From positions 1 through 54,640 of IMG/VR virus record IMGVR_UViG_3300048856_000130: a DNA stretch of 54,640 nucleotides. One strand, written 5' to 3'. The DNA comes from a virus (lineage: Duplodnaviria > Caudoviricetes). The notes under the pieces are model-generated. The model did not search any database. It was not told where the DNA came from and saw nothing but the letters and a program-made list of their open reading frames with translations. A program made the position numbers and the translations under genes. Every line of letters starts with the position of its first letter. Positions within the stretch are counted from its first letter, which is position 1. Shown one piece after another: positions 26,886 to 35,638 of this stretch.

Positions 26886-27344
26886 ATGGACGCAAACGGA
26901 AATAGCCAGGCCCAGATCGGCTGGGGCTCGGAGTTCTGGCTGGCGAACGCTCAGGGCGTGCTGGTGGAACTGGACGAGGTGACGGAGATCCCGTTCGCCG
27001 AGGAAGCGGCGGATGATGTCGAAGTCACGCACTTCAAGTCGCCCGGCCGCCGCAAGGAATACAAGCCCGGCCTGATCGAGCCCGGCGACGGCACGATCAC
27101 GCTCAACTATATCCCGGGCGGCGCAACGGATCTGCTGATCACCGAGGCCCAGAACTCGGGCAAGGTGCGCGCCTATCGCACGATCATCCCGGCCGGCGAT
27201 GGCACCTGGCAGGTCGACGGCTTCCTCTACGTCAAGAGCCGTGGCCGCGCTGTGCCAATCGGCGACCGCATGACCCAGACCGTCAGCGTCCGCTTCACGG
27301 GCCTCGGCGTTGAGGGCGTCGGCGCCGTTGGTGATGACGACTGA
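26886..27344 (+). CDS. Major tail (tube) protein
   Basis: VEVTHFKSPGRRKEYKPGLIEPG. Confidence 0.88.
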   Translation: MDANGNSQAQIGWGSEFWLANAQGVLVELDEVTEIPFAEEAADDVEVTHFKSPGRRKEYKPGLIEPGDGTITLNYIPGGATDLLITEAQNSGKVRAYRTIIPAGDGTWQVDGFLYVKSRGRAVPIGDRMTQTVSVRFTGLGVEGVGAVGDDD

Positions 27345-27766
27345 TGAAGGGCGAAAAGACCTTCGACGCATGCGGTGAACGCTGGACCATGTTCTTCGGG
27401 AACGCGGCCCAGTGCTCGATCGAGGAAGCCTATGACAAGGGCTTCTTCGCGGTGATCCAGGACGTCATGCCAGGTGCAGACCCGGCATGGCTCCTGAACC
27501 CGGGGGCCTATGCCTCGGAACTCGCCGCCGTCGCTCGTGAGATCCGCATGAAGGATCTGCGGGACCTCGCCTGGCATGGCCTCCGCAAGCATCACCCGGA
27601 CTTGACCCTGGATGATGTCAGCGACATCGCCGACGACCTCGGACAGCAGAAGTTCGGCGAGGTTGTCGGCTCGGCAATCCGTGCCACTCAGGACACCGCC
27701 GCTGAACCGGCAAAGGGTGGTGCGGCAAAAAAGCCCACGACCCCGCGGCAAAAACGGACTGGCTGA
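27344..27766 (+). CDS. Tail assembly chaperone (gpG-like)
   Basis: Between tube and tape measure; slippery heptamer near its end. Confidence 0.85.
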   Translation: MKGEKTFDACGERWTMFFGNAAQCSIEEAYDKGFFAVIQDVMPGADPAWLLNPGAYASELAAVAREIRMKDLRDLAWHGLRKHHPDLTLDDVSDIADDLGQQKFGEVVGSAIRATQDTAAEPAKGGAAKKPTTPRQKRTG

Positions 27767-28065
27767 CGCTTCAGCGCAGTTGGACTGCCGCGGGGTTTGA
27801 CGCCTCCACCTTCTGGGACCAGTGCCAAGCCACCTACGGCGCCGCGATGCGGGGCCGAGCGGACGCCTTGAAGCAAGACCGCGAGCGGGTGCTGTTCGCC
27901 GCTTGGGCGGGCGCGATGTTCACGAGGCAAGACAAGCTCAAGAGCTTCTCGCACTACGCGAAGGACATGCTGCCCCGTGATCCGCAGACGAACGCGGGCA
28001 AACTGGCAGCGCTTCGGAACGTGCAGGCGTCGGGTGTACCGATGTCGATCAAGCGCATCAGGTAA
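27727..28065 (+). CDS. gpT portion of the gpGT chaperone, reached by -1 frameshift
   Basis: In-frame A-AAA-AAG at 27727-27733; open -1 frame reads ...DWLTLQRSWTAAGFDASTFWDQ... to 28065. Confidence 0.8.
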   Translation, partial: KKAHDPAAKTDWLTLQRSWTAAGFDASTFWDQCQATYGAAMRGRADALKQDRERVLFAAWAGAMFTRQDKLKSFSHYAKDMLPRDPQTNAGKLAALRNVQASGVPMSIKRIR

Positions 28066-28109
28066 TTTGAGGCACGGGTTTCCCGGCGCCCATCTCTTTA
28101 GGAGCGGCC

Positions 28110-31100
28110 ATGCAAGCACTTCTCGCATCGCTGGTCGTCTCGATGGGCGTCAAGGACGCCGCGTTCAAATCCGGGATGGCGACCGCGCGTGCGGATGCGA
28201 AGCGTACCGGCCAGGAATTCAAGCGCTCATCCAAGACTATGGAAGGCGCGGTCCAAAACGCCGCCCGCGAGATCAACGCGGCGATGGTCCGGATCGGCGA
28301 GAGTGTCGCGTCGATGGGCGAGAAGGTCCGCCGCGCGGGCGTCGGCCTGACTGTGGGGCTCACGGTCCCGCTCGGCCTCATCGGAAAGACCACCAAGGAC
28401 ACGGCGGCTTCGTTCGAGCAGGGCATGAACCGCGTCCGCGCGGCGCTGCTCAGCACGTCACCGGAGAACATCGAGAAGCTATCTGAGGCGGCGCTTCGCC
28501 TAGGCCCAGCGATGGGCCGCAGCGCGATCGAGGCGGCCGGCGCGGTCGAGATGCTGGCGAAGAACGGCATGAGCGCGGCGCAGGTCCTCGGCGGAGGCCT
28601 TGAGAGCGCCCTGAAGTTGGCGGTGGTTGGCCAGACGGACCTAAGCTCTGCGGCTGACCTGACGACGGATGTTCTGGCGCAGTTCGGCAAGCGCGCCTCG
28701 GACCTGCCGGACATCACCAACAAGGTCGCCGGCGCACTCGATGCGACGAAGCTTTCCTTCAACGACTATCAGCTGGCAGTCGCCCAGGCGGGCGGCGTGG
28801 CCGGCGGTCTCGGCTACGAGTTTGACGACTTCAACGTCGCCCTTGCTTCTACCGTCTCGCTGTTCGGCTCGGGTTCCGATGCAGGCACCGCCTTCAAGAC
28901 GTTCATGACGTCGCTTTCCGGCAATTCGAAAGAGGCTGAGGACCGGATCAAGCAACTTGGGCTGCAGTTCTTCGACGCGACCGGCAAGGCCCGGCCACTC
29001 TCCGAGATCGCCGACGAACTGAATACCAAGCTGAAGGATCTGAACGACCGGTCCCGCAACCGCGTCCTGTCCGACATCTTCGGCAATGATGCGATGCGGA
29101 CTGCCATTGCGCTGATGAGCCAAGGGTCGCAGGGCATCGAGAACCTGAAGCAGCAGATCAACGGCGTCACCGCTGACGAGAAGCTCGGCGAGCTCCTGCG
29201 TGGCGATGCAGCGGCCACCGAGCAGCTTTCTGCCGCGACCGAGAAGCTGTCGATCCGGCTGGGCTCAGTGCTCCTCCCGATCTTCACGTCCGTGAAGCAG
29301 GCAATCGCCTCGGTGGTGGACGCGCTCGCCAATATGCCGTCCTGGTTTTACACGGCAGTGGTGTCGGTTGGCGCGCTCGCCGCGTCGATCGGGCCGTTGA
29401 TCCTCGTTGCAACGACAGTCGCAAAGGTTGCGCTGCCCCTGCTGCTTCTGCGGCTCGGTCCCGTGGCGCTGGCATTTGCGGCCGTGATCAACCCGGTCGG
29501 CGTGCTGATCCGCCTGCTCGGCCAGTTGGCGATCGCTGCCGGGGCGTCGACCGCCATCGGGCTTCTCGGAGCGCGCATGGCCATGTTCGCCGGCCCGATC
29601 GGCATCGCGGTCACGCTTCTCACCATTCTTGTGCCGCTGCTGATGAGGACCGCGAAGCAGTCGGAGGCCCTGACGAAGGCGCAGGACCAGCTGACAGCTA
29701 TGCAGGAGGCCGGAGCCGCGACGCTGAACCGCCTGGCAACCGCACAAGGAAAGGCGCGCGACGAAGCAATCAAGCTCGCGAAGGCGCAGCGGGATCAGGC
29801 GCGTGCAGCCTTGGTATCGGCGCGGGCGAACGTGATGGCCGCCCGAGCAGCTGCGATGGCTGCAATCCAGACCGCAGAAAGGGCCAACGAACTCCCAACC
29901 AACGCGATCGGTACGTTCCTGCGGGTGCGCGGCGGCATGAACGCGAAGGCCAAGACGGACGAATATCAGAAGCTGGTTGAAGTCCAGCAGGGGCTGGTGG
30001 ACCAGTTTGCCGATCTCGACGCCGGGATTCGCGCGGCCGAGGCGGCGGGCAATGGCAGCGTGAACATCGAAGACCCCGAAAAGACGAAGCGTGGGCGGAA
30101 GGAGCGTGGACGAGACGCGGCCCGTGACGAGGCAAGCTACCAGGATGAACTCGGCCGGCTTCGCGTCGCTGAACTGGAGGCGCGAGCCGACCTCACCGAG
30201 AGCATCGAAGGGCGCTACAACGCGTCGACTGCCGGCATTGCGGAGGAACGTGCATCCTTCGCCCGGTCGATCGCGCTGGACGAGGGCATCAACGACGCCA
30301 AGCGGGCCCAGTTGCTGGCCGCGAAGGACGCCGAGCTCGAGCAGCGCAGGGGCATCGCCGAGCGCGAGCGGTTCAGTGCCCTCGCGCAGCAGCAGTACGA
30401 CATGGAGACGGACGCCCGCGATGCCGAGCAGGACGCGCTCCGCGATCGAATGGACCTGGCCGACAGCATGGCCGAGCGTCGCGACATCGGCCTGCGCCTC
30501 CTGGACCTTCAGCGGAAGCAGGAAGAGGCAGAGATCGAACTGATCCTCGCGACCAAGGCGAGCACGACTGCCGAATGGGAGAACGCACGGGCCCGCAAGG
30601 ACCGCCTGGACGCCGACTATGCCCGCCGCCGTGTTGGTGCGGTGCGGGACACGGAAGGGCCCGCAGAGGGTTACATGCGCGATCTCAACAGGTCGGCAGC
30701 GGCGCTCGGTGAGACGATGGAGAACACCGCCGTCTCGGCATTTCAGCGGCTGAACGATGAGCTGGCCGACTCGCTCACGGGGTTTGTGAAGCTGGGTGGC
30801 GCGGCCGGTTCGTTCGTCTCCACGATCCTGAACGGCATTGCCCGGATTGGCATCGAGCAGAACATCATCAAGCCGCTGGCTGGCGCGCTGTTCGGCGGAG
30901 GTGGTTTCCTCAAGGGCCTGTTCGGCGGGGCTACTGCTGCGGCCTCCGGATTTGGCGGTGTCGACTTTGGCGCGGACCTCGCTGCGGCTCAGGGGCTCAG
31001 CTACGGCGGCGGCAAGGCATCTGGCGGGCGTGTCTCGCCCGGCAGTTGGTACACGGTTGGCGAGAGCGGGACGGAAGCGTTCGTGCCCGACAGCGCCGGG

Positions 31101-31283
31101 ACCATCCACCCCAACAGCGCATTGCGCGGTGGTAACGCCGCTCCTGCGCTGATCCAGCTGGTAGCAGACGAAGGCGCCGCTTTCGTTCCGCGGGTCGCCA
31201 GTATCTCCGGCAACGTCTCTGTCGAGACGGTCCGGGGCTCAAACAAAGCGGCCGCGCGCCGAGGAAGGCAGCGTCTCGCATGA
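28110..31283 (+). CDS. Tape measure protein (TP901 family)
   Basis: 1057 aa Ala-rich; FEQGMNRVRA core, central TM region, YTVGESGTEAFVP. Confidence 0.95.
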   Translation: MQALLASLVVSMGVKDAAFKSGMATARADAKRTGQEFKRSSKTMEGAVQNAAREINAAMVRIGESVASMGEKVRRAGVGLTVGLTVPLGLIGKTTKDTAASFEQGMNRVRAALLSTSPENIEKLSEAALRLGPAMGRSAIEAAGAVEMLAKNGMSAAQVLGGGLESALKLAVVGQTDLSSAADLTTDVLAQFGKRASDLPDITNKVAGALDATKLSFNDYQLAVAQAGGVAGGLGYEFDDFNVALASTVSLFGSGSDAGTAFKTFMTSLSGNSKEAEDRIKQLGLQFFDATGKARPLSEIADELNTKLKDLNDRSRNRVLSDIFGNDAMRTAIALMSQGSQGIENLKQQINGVTADEKLGELLRGDAAATEQLSAATEKLSIRLGSVLLPIFTSVKQAIASVVDALANMPSWFYTAVVSVGALAASIGPLILVATTVAKVALPLLLLRLGPVALAFAAVINPVGVLIRLLGQLAIAAGASTAIGLLGARMAMFAGPIGIAVTLLTILVPLLMRTAKQSEALTKAQDQLTAMQEAGAATLNRLATAQGKARDEAIKLAKAQRDQARAALVSARANVMAARAAAMAAIQTAERANELPTNAIGTFLRVRGGMNAKAKTDEYQKLVEVQQGLVDQFADLDAGIRAAEAAGNGSVNIEDPEKTKRGRKERGRDAARDEASYQDELGRLRVAELEARADLTESIEGRYNASTAGIAEERASFARSIALDEGINDAKRAQLLAAKDAELEQRRGIAERERFSALAQQQYDMETDARDAEQDALRDRMDLADSMAERRDIGLRLLDLQRKQEEAEIELILATKASTTAEWENARARKDRLDADYARRRVGAVRDTEGPAEGYMRDLNRSAAALGETMENTAVSAFQRLNDELADSLTGFVKLGGAAGSFVSTILNGIARIGIEQNIIKPLAGALFGGGGFLKGLFGGATAAASGFGGVDFGADLAAAQGLSYGGGKASGGRVSPGSWYTVGESGTEAFVPDSAGTIHPNSALRGGNAAPALIQLVADEGAAFVPRVASISGNVSVETVRGSNKAAARRGRQRLA

Positions 31284-31870
31284 GCGTCGACCTGACCGCT
31301 TTGGAGGTGAACGGCGACGAGATCATGCCGCTCGACTTCGGGGGCTTCATGCCCTCCGCGCTGGGCGGCTCGACCTCACGCTTCGGGCGGATGGGCGACC
31401 GCTACGCCGCGCAGGTGTCAACGCCGCTGATAGAGATTGAACCGGACGGGCGGCGCTGGGCGGCCAAGCTACTCCGGGCGCGAAAGGAAGGCGGGGTCGT
31501 GTTGATCCATCAGCCCGACTTTCGCGTCGGAGCGCCCGGCAACCCGGTTGTTCCGGAGGCGGTAACGGGCGGTCGCCAGATCCCGATTTCCGGCTTCACC
31601 CCGGGCTATTCGATCCGGGAAGGCCAGTGGTTCAACCTGATCATCGACGGTCAGCGGTATCTCGACCAGGTTGAGGGCGCGACGATTGCCAGCGGCTCGG
31701 GCGCCGCCACGATCACGATGCAGAACCTGCTCCGCGCGCCACTCACAGCAGGCGTGAAGGTCGATTTCGTTCGGCCCTGCATCGAGGGCTGGATCGAGGG
31801 CAACTTCAGCATCCCGCGTGCGAACGACGGCTTCACTTCCTTCAGCTTCACGATCAGCGAAAAGGCCTGA
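31280..31870 (+). CDS. Distal tail protein-like
   Basis: Position after TMP; coupled. Confidence 0.65.
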   Translation: MSVDLTALEVNGDEIMPLDFGGFMPSALGGSTSRFGRMGDRYAAQVSTPLIEIEPDGRRWAAKLLRARKEGGVVLIHQPDFRVGAPGNPVVPEAVTGGRQIPISGFTPGYSIREGQWFNLIIDGQRYLDQVEGATIASGSGAATITMQNLLRAPLTAGVKVDFVRPCIEGWIEGNFSIPRANDGFTSFSFTISEKA

Positions 31871-31871
31871 C

Positions 31872-32426
31872 ATGACGCAGCGGATCATCCTGGCGGGCTT
31901 CCTACTCTGGAGCACGCCGGCAGGAGACGTGCGCCTGGTTGACGGCGGCACGCTGGCGTTCAACGGCGGGCAGTATCGCGCGTCACACCCGGTCTTCGGC
32001 GCAATCTCGGGTTTCCAGCCCATCAACGAGGGCGTTGGCGACGAAGCGCCTGCGGGAACGCTGACGTTCTCCCCTGCTCCAGATGCCGACCCCTCCATCA
32101 TCAACTCGCCGGGGCTTCAGGGCTCTCGCATCCGCATGTGGATCGGCGAAATCGACGGCGACACGGGGCAACTGATCGGGCCGCCTGACCTGATGCTCGA
32201 CGGGATCGGCGACGTGACCCGCTTGAAGCTCGCTCGCGGTTCGAAGCAACTCGAGTTCGACATCGTGTCCCGATCGGAGCGGCTGTTCCTGGTGAACGAG
32301 GGCAACGTCCTGTCGGGCGAGTATCATCGTGGCATCTATCCGGCCGAGCGCGGCCTGGACAACGCGATCGGGGTTCCGACTGTAGTTGCCTGGGGCGTGA
32401 CCGGGCAGCCGCGGGGCACCGCCTGA
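31872..32426 (+). CDS. Tail hub/baseplate protein
   Basis: Position; beta-rich; HRGIYPAERGL. Confidence 0.65.
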   Translation: MTQRIILAGFLLWSTPAGDVRLVDGGTLAFNGGQYRASHPVFGAISGFQPINEGVGDEAPAGTLTFSPAPDADPSIINSPGLQGSRIRMWIGEIDGDTGQLIGPPDLMLDGIGDVTRLKLARGSKQLEFDIVSRSERLFLVNEGNVLSGEYHRGIYPAERGLDNAIGVPTVVAWGVTGQPRGTA

Positions 32427-32854
32427 TGTCGGTGATCGCCCCTCTCAACCCGGTTGAGCGTGCAGCCGCGACGAAAGCCACGGCCGACAAGTTCCGCGGG
32501 CGGCCACTCGACTTCGCTAACGGCGTCACCTGCCTGCACCTCCTTCGGGAGCAGATGCTGGCGTTCGGATACTCGCCTCCGGAGATCCCGGCGTTCTCCG
32601 ACGTGCTGGGCGCCAAGCGCGCGTTGCGGAAGGCAGGGCACCGGACGCTGAAGGGACTGCTGAACAAGCACCTGACGCCGATCCCGCCTGTGCAAATGCG
32701 GGTCGGCGACGTGGCGATCCTCAAGGGCGAACCATTCGACGCGATCGTGATCTCGGCCGGCGGCAAGCTGCTGGGCTGGCACGAGGACGGCCGGGCTGGT
32801 CTCGTCAATCTCGTGCCCATCGCTCCCCTCATCGGCGCCTGGAGGATCGTATGA
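32426..32854 (+). CDS. NlpC/P60-like tail protein (DUF6950-like)
   Basis: Cys in TCLHL, VGDVAI, AWRI terminus; gpK-like position. Confidence 0.7.
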   Translation: MSVIAPLNPVERAAATKATADKFRGRPLDFANGVTCLHLLREQMLAFGYSPPEIPAFSDVLGAKRALRKAGHRTLKGLLNKHLTPIPPVQMRVGDVAILKGEPFDAIVISAGGKLLGWHEDGRAGLVNLVPIAPLIGAWRIV

Positions 32855-35202
32855 GCGGTACGCTGGGCAAGGTCGCGATGGTTGCAGGCATGGTTGCACT
32901 TGCGGCGACCGGCGCCGGCGCAATTGCGGGTGCAGGCTGGGGCATCGCGGGCATCGGCAGCTTCACCGCCATCTCGCAGGCGGCAAGCATCGCAGCCGTC
33001 GCCGCGAGCACGGCCGCATCGCTCACGGCGAAGAAGCCACCGGCGCAAGGCTCCAGCACGGACATCACGATCGGCGCCAACATGCCGTCGCCGATGGTCC
33101 TGGGGGAGAGCTATTACGGCGGCAGTCGCGTCCACATGGCAGCGTACGGCACCGAGAACGACGTCCCGAACAGCTATCTGTGGGCGGTGGACGTCTATGG
33201 CGTCGGCGGCCCCTATGAGGCGCTGGTCGGGCGTTACATGGACTTCACGCCCGTCAGCTTCAGCACCGGCGGGCAGGCGATCGGCCACTATTCGAACAAC
33301 GTCCTATACAGCGACTACCAGCTGGGCCTCACCCCGGAGCCGGATGCGCTGGTGCCGAATTGGCCCGGTGCGCCAAACTGGGGCGCGGCCTACAATCTGT
33401 CGGGCAAGCCCGCAATTGGTTGGAACGCGCGCTTTCCGAAGGACGGCAAGCGGTTCGGGTCCGGGTTCCCTCAGACCGGCGCCGTATGGCGCGGCATCAA
33501 GCTCTACGACCCGCGGAAGGACAGCACCTATCCCGGCGGCGCGGGTGCGCAGCGCTGGGCCTCCCCGGGCAACGTGGCGGCTTTCTCCGCGGCAAAGGGC
33601 ACCTGGGCCTATTCGCGCAACCCCGGCCTCCACGCCCTCCGCTATGCCCTAGGCACCTGGGAGCGGGACGAGACGACGGCCAACCCGTACAAGAAGACCT
33701 TCGGCATCGGGCTCGACTGGGACGCGATCATTGTCGAGGATTTCGTCACGCTGGCGAACGTCTGCGACGACAATGGCTGGACCTGCAACGGCGTCATCTA
33801 CGAGCCGGGCGACAAGTGGGCCAACCTCAAGTCGATCCTGCAGGCCGGTGGTGCTGAGCCCTGTTTCCGCAACGGGCAGCTTGGCCTTCGCATCAACGCC
33901 CCGCGCGTCTCGCTCGACACGATCACGATCGATGACCTGGCGGATGGCGAGAACGTCTTTCCGGCAATGCAGAGCTACCGCGACCGGCTGAACACCATCA
34001 TCCCGAAATACCGCGAGCCGGCGCAGAAGTGGGAGTTCGTCGCCACTCAAGAGCCGGTGCAGGTGACGCAGTTCGTCACCGAGGACGGCGAGGAGAAGTC
34101 CGAGGAGCGGCAGTACAACCTCGTCACGAACCCGAACCAGGCGGCGCAACTGGCCGGCTATGACCTGGCGGGCGGGCGCGAGGCTGGGCCGATCGAGCTG
34201 GTCTGCAAGCCGCGTCTGCGCCGGTACGGCCCGGGCGACATGCTGACGATCAACATCCCGGAGGCGGGCGAGCTGTTCACCGATCGCGACTTCGTGATCC
34301 TGAGCCGCACGGTCGACCCGGCGAGCATGACGGTATCCCTGACGCTGGTGAGCGAGAACCCGAACAAGCACGCGTTCGCGCTGGGGCTGACGGGGACCTC
34401 GCCGCCCGCGATCACCATCCCAGGGCCGGAAGAGGCGGACGATGTGGCCGGATCGCGCGGTGACACCCAATCCGCAATCGCAAACTCCTTCCCGATCGGG
34501 CTGACGATCACCGCGGCCGACAGCGGAACGTTGACCATCAGTGCGCACACCCGGCGCTATACGGACGGGCACCCGGACGTCGCGGTCGATGGCGCCACCA
34601 TTGCAACCGGCCTGGCACCCGGCGCCTTCCGCGCGATCGGCTATGACGATCCTGAGCGCGTCGGCGGCGCGGTGACGTACCAGCTGTTCGAAGACGACAT
34701 CGACGCTCGCGCTGCGCCCGACCACCCTGCCCGGCACTATCTCGGATACGCGATGATCCCGACTGCCGGCAGCCCGCCATCGAGCGGCGGTGGTGCCAGC
34801 CCGCCGGGTGGGCAATGCGTGACCACCGACACCCCGATCCTGATGGCGGACGGCACCGAGAAGCCGGCCGGTGACATCGTGACCGGCGACCGCATCCTGA
34901 CGCGGCACGAGCTGCGGCTGAACGAAGTTGGCGGTGGCTGGGGCGTATTCCCGGTCGAAGCCGTCGTGATCGCCGACAGCGAGGACGTGTGGCAGGCGGA
35001 CGTCGGCGGCCGCCAGTTGCGCGCGACCGGCGACCATCTCGTCTACACCGGTGCATGGGTGAAGATGCGCGACATTGGCACCCAGATCGCGGGCTCGCAC
35101 CGCATCGTGAAGGCGACCGTGGCCGACGCGCATACCTACGTCTCGAACGGCGTGCTCTCGCACAACATCAAGATGGAGCCGCGTGAGATCGAGACGGAAT
35201 GA
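32851..35202 (+). CDS. Central tail tip (gpJ-like) protein with C-terminal Hint domain
   Basis: RGIKLYDPRKDST...YSRNPGL tail-tip motifs; Hint at residues 656-772. Confidence 0.88.
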   Translation: MSGTLGKVAMVAGMVALAATGAGAIAGAGWGIAGIGSFTAISQAASIAAVAASTAASLTAKKPPAQGSSTDITIGANMPSPMVLGESYYGGSRVHMAAYGTENDVPNSYLWAVDVYGVGGPYEALVGRYMDFTPVSFSTGGQAIGHYSNNVLYSDYQLGLTPEPDALVPNWPGAPNWGAAYNLSGKPAIGWNARFPKDGKRFGSGFPQTGAVWRGIKLYDPRKDSTYPGGAGAQRWASPGNVAAFSAAKGTWAYSRNPGLHALRYALGTWERDETTANPYKKTFGIGLDWDAIIVEDFVTLANVCDDNGWTCNGVIYEPGDKWANLKSILQAGGAEPCFRNGQLGLRINAPRVSLDTITIDDLADGENVFPAMQSYRDRLNTIIPKYREPAQKWEFVATQEPVQVTQFVTEDGEEKSEERQYNLVTNPNQAAQLAGYDLAGGREAGPIELVCKPRLRRYGPGDMLTINIPEAGELFTDRDFVILSRTVDPASMTVSLTLVSENPNKHAFALGLTGTSPPAITIPGPEEADDVAGSRGDTQSAIANSFPIGLTITAADSGTLTISAHTRRYTDGHPDVAVDGATIATGLAPGAFRAIGYDDPERVGGAVTYQLFEDDIDARAAPDHPARHYLGYAMIPTAGSPPSSGGGASPPGGQCVTTDTPILMADGTEKPAGDIVTGDRILTRHELRLNEVGGGWGVFPVEAVVIADSEDVWQADVGGRQLRATGDHLVYTGAWVKMRDIGTQIAGSHRIVKATVADAHTYVSNGVLSHNIKMEPREIETE
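34816..35166 (+). other. Hint (intein-like/BIL) domain
   Basis: Block A CVTTDTPILMADG, block B ATGDH, block G HTYVSNGVLSHN; next residue is Ile. Confidence 0.88.
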
Positions 35203-35242
35203 CCCGCCCCGCTCGCAGCCACGGACTAACCAGGAGTACGAC

Positions 35243-35638
35243 ATGATCCCAGGAACGCTGCGGCTAGTGGCCCAGCGGTGGACGCCGTTCGCCTACCGCT
35301 TCCAATATCCCGGGCTGGACTTGAGCGCCGCCGACATCACCGGCCAGGTGCGTCTCTACGCCGACTCGCCAGTCGCGATGATCAACCTCCTGACCGTCAG
35401 TTCTCCGCTCGCGCAGGGGTTCTCGATCTCGGTCGATACGATCGACGGGGTTCCTACCTCGACGGTTCTCATGCGGATCAATGAAACCACGATCGAAGGC
35501 ATTCTGCCGTTCCCGTCCGAACGCGAGCCGGACGAGCCGGTCGAGCTTGCGTGGGCGAAGCACATCACCCTTTCGCCGGTCGGCAAGCGTCGCTGGTTGG
35601 AAGGCCCCTTCATCATCACGCCGGGAGCAAACCACTGA
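35243..35638 (+). CDS. Tail accessory/adaptor protein (BppU-like position)
   Basis: AGGAG RBS; coupled to the tailspike. Confidence 0.7.
   Translation: MIPGTLRLVAQRWTPFAYRFQYPGLDLSAADITGQVRLYADSPVAMINLLTVSSPLAQGFSISVDTIDGVPTSTVLMRINETTIEGILPFPSEREPDEPVELAWAKHITLSPVGKRRWLEGPFIITPGANH

Noticed and set aside
34816-35166. Canonical splicing intein
   Set aside because: The residue after His-Asn is Ile, not Cys/Ser/Thr; there is no endonuclease and the C-extein is only 11 aa. Treated as a Hint/BIL-type domain.
19588-35244. Long antisense ORFs (e.g. 19588-21672, 29265-31109, 33649-35244; also 4489-5769 and 52198-53715)
   Set aside because: Shadow frames of real genes caused by high-GC codon bias; no motifs.
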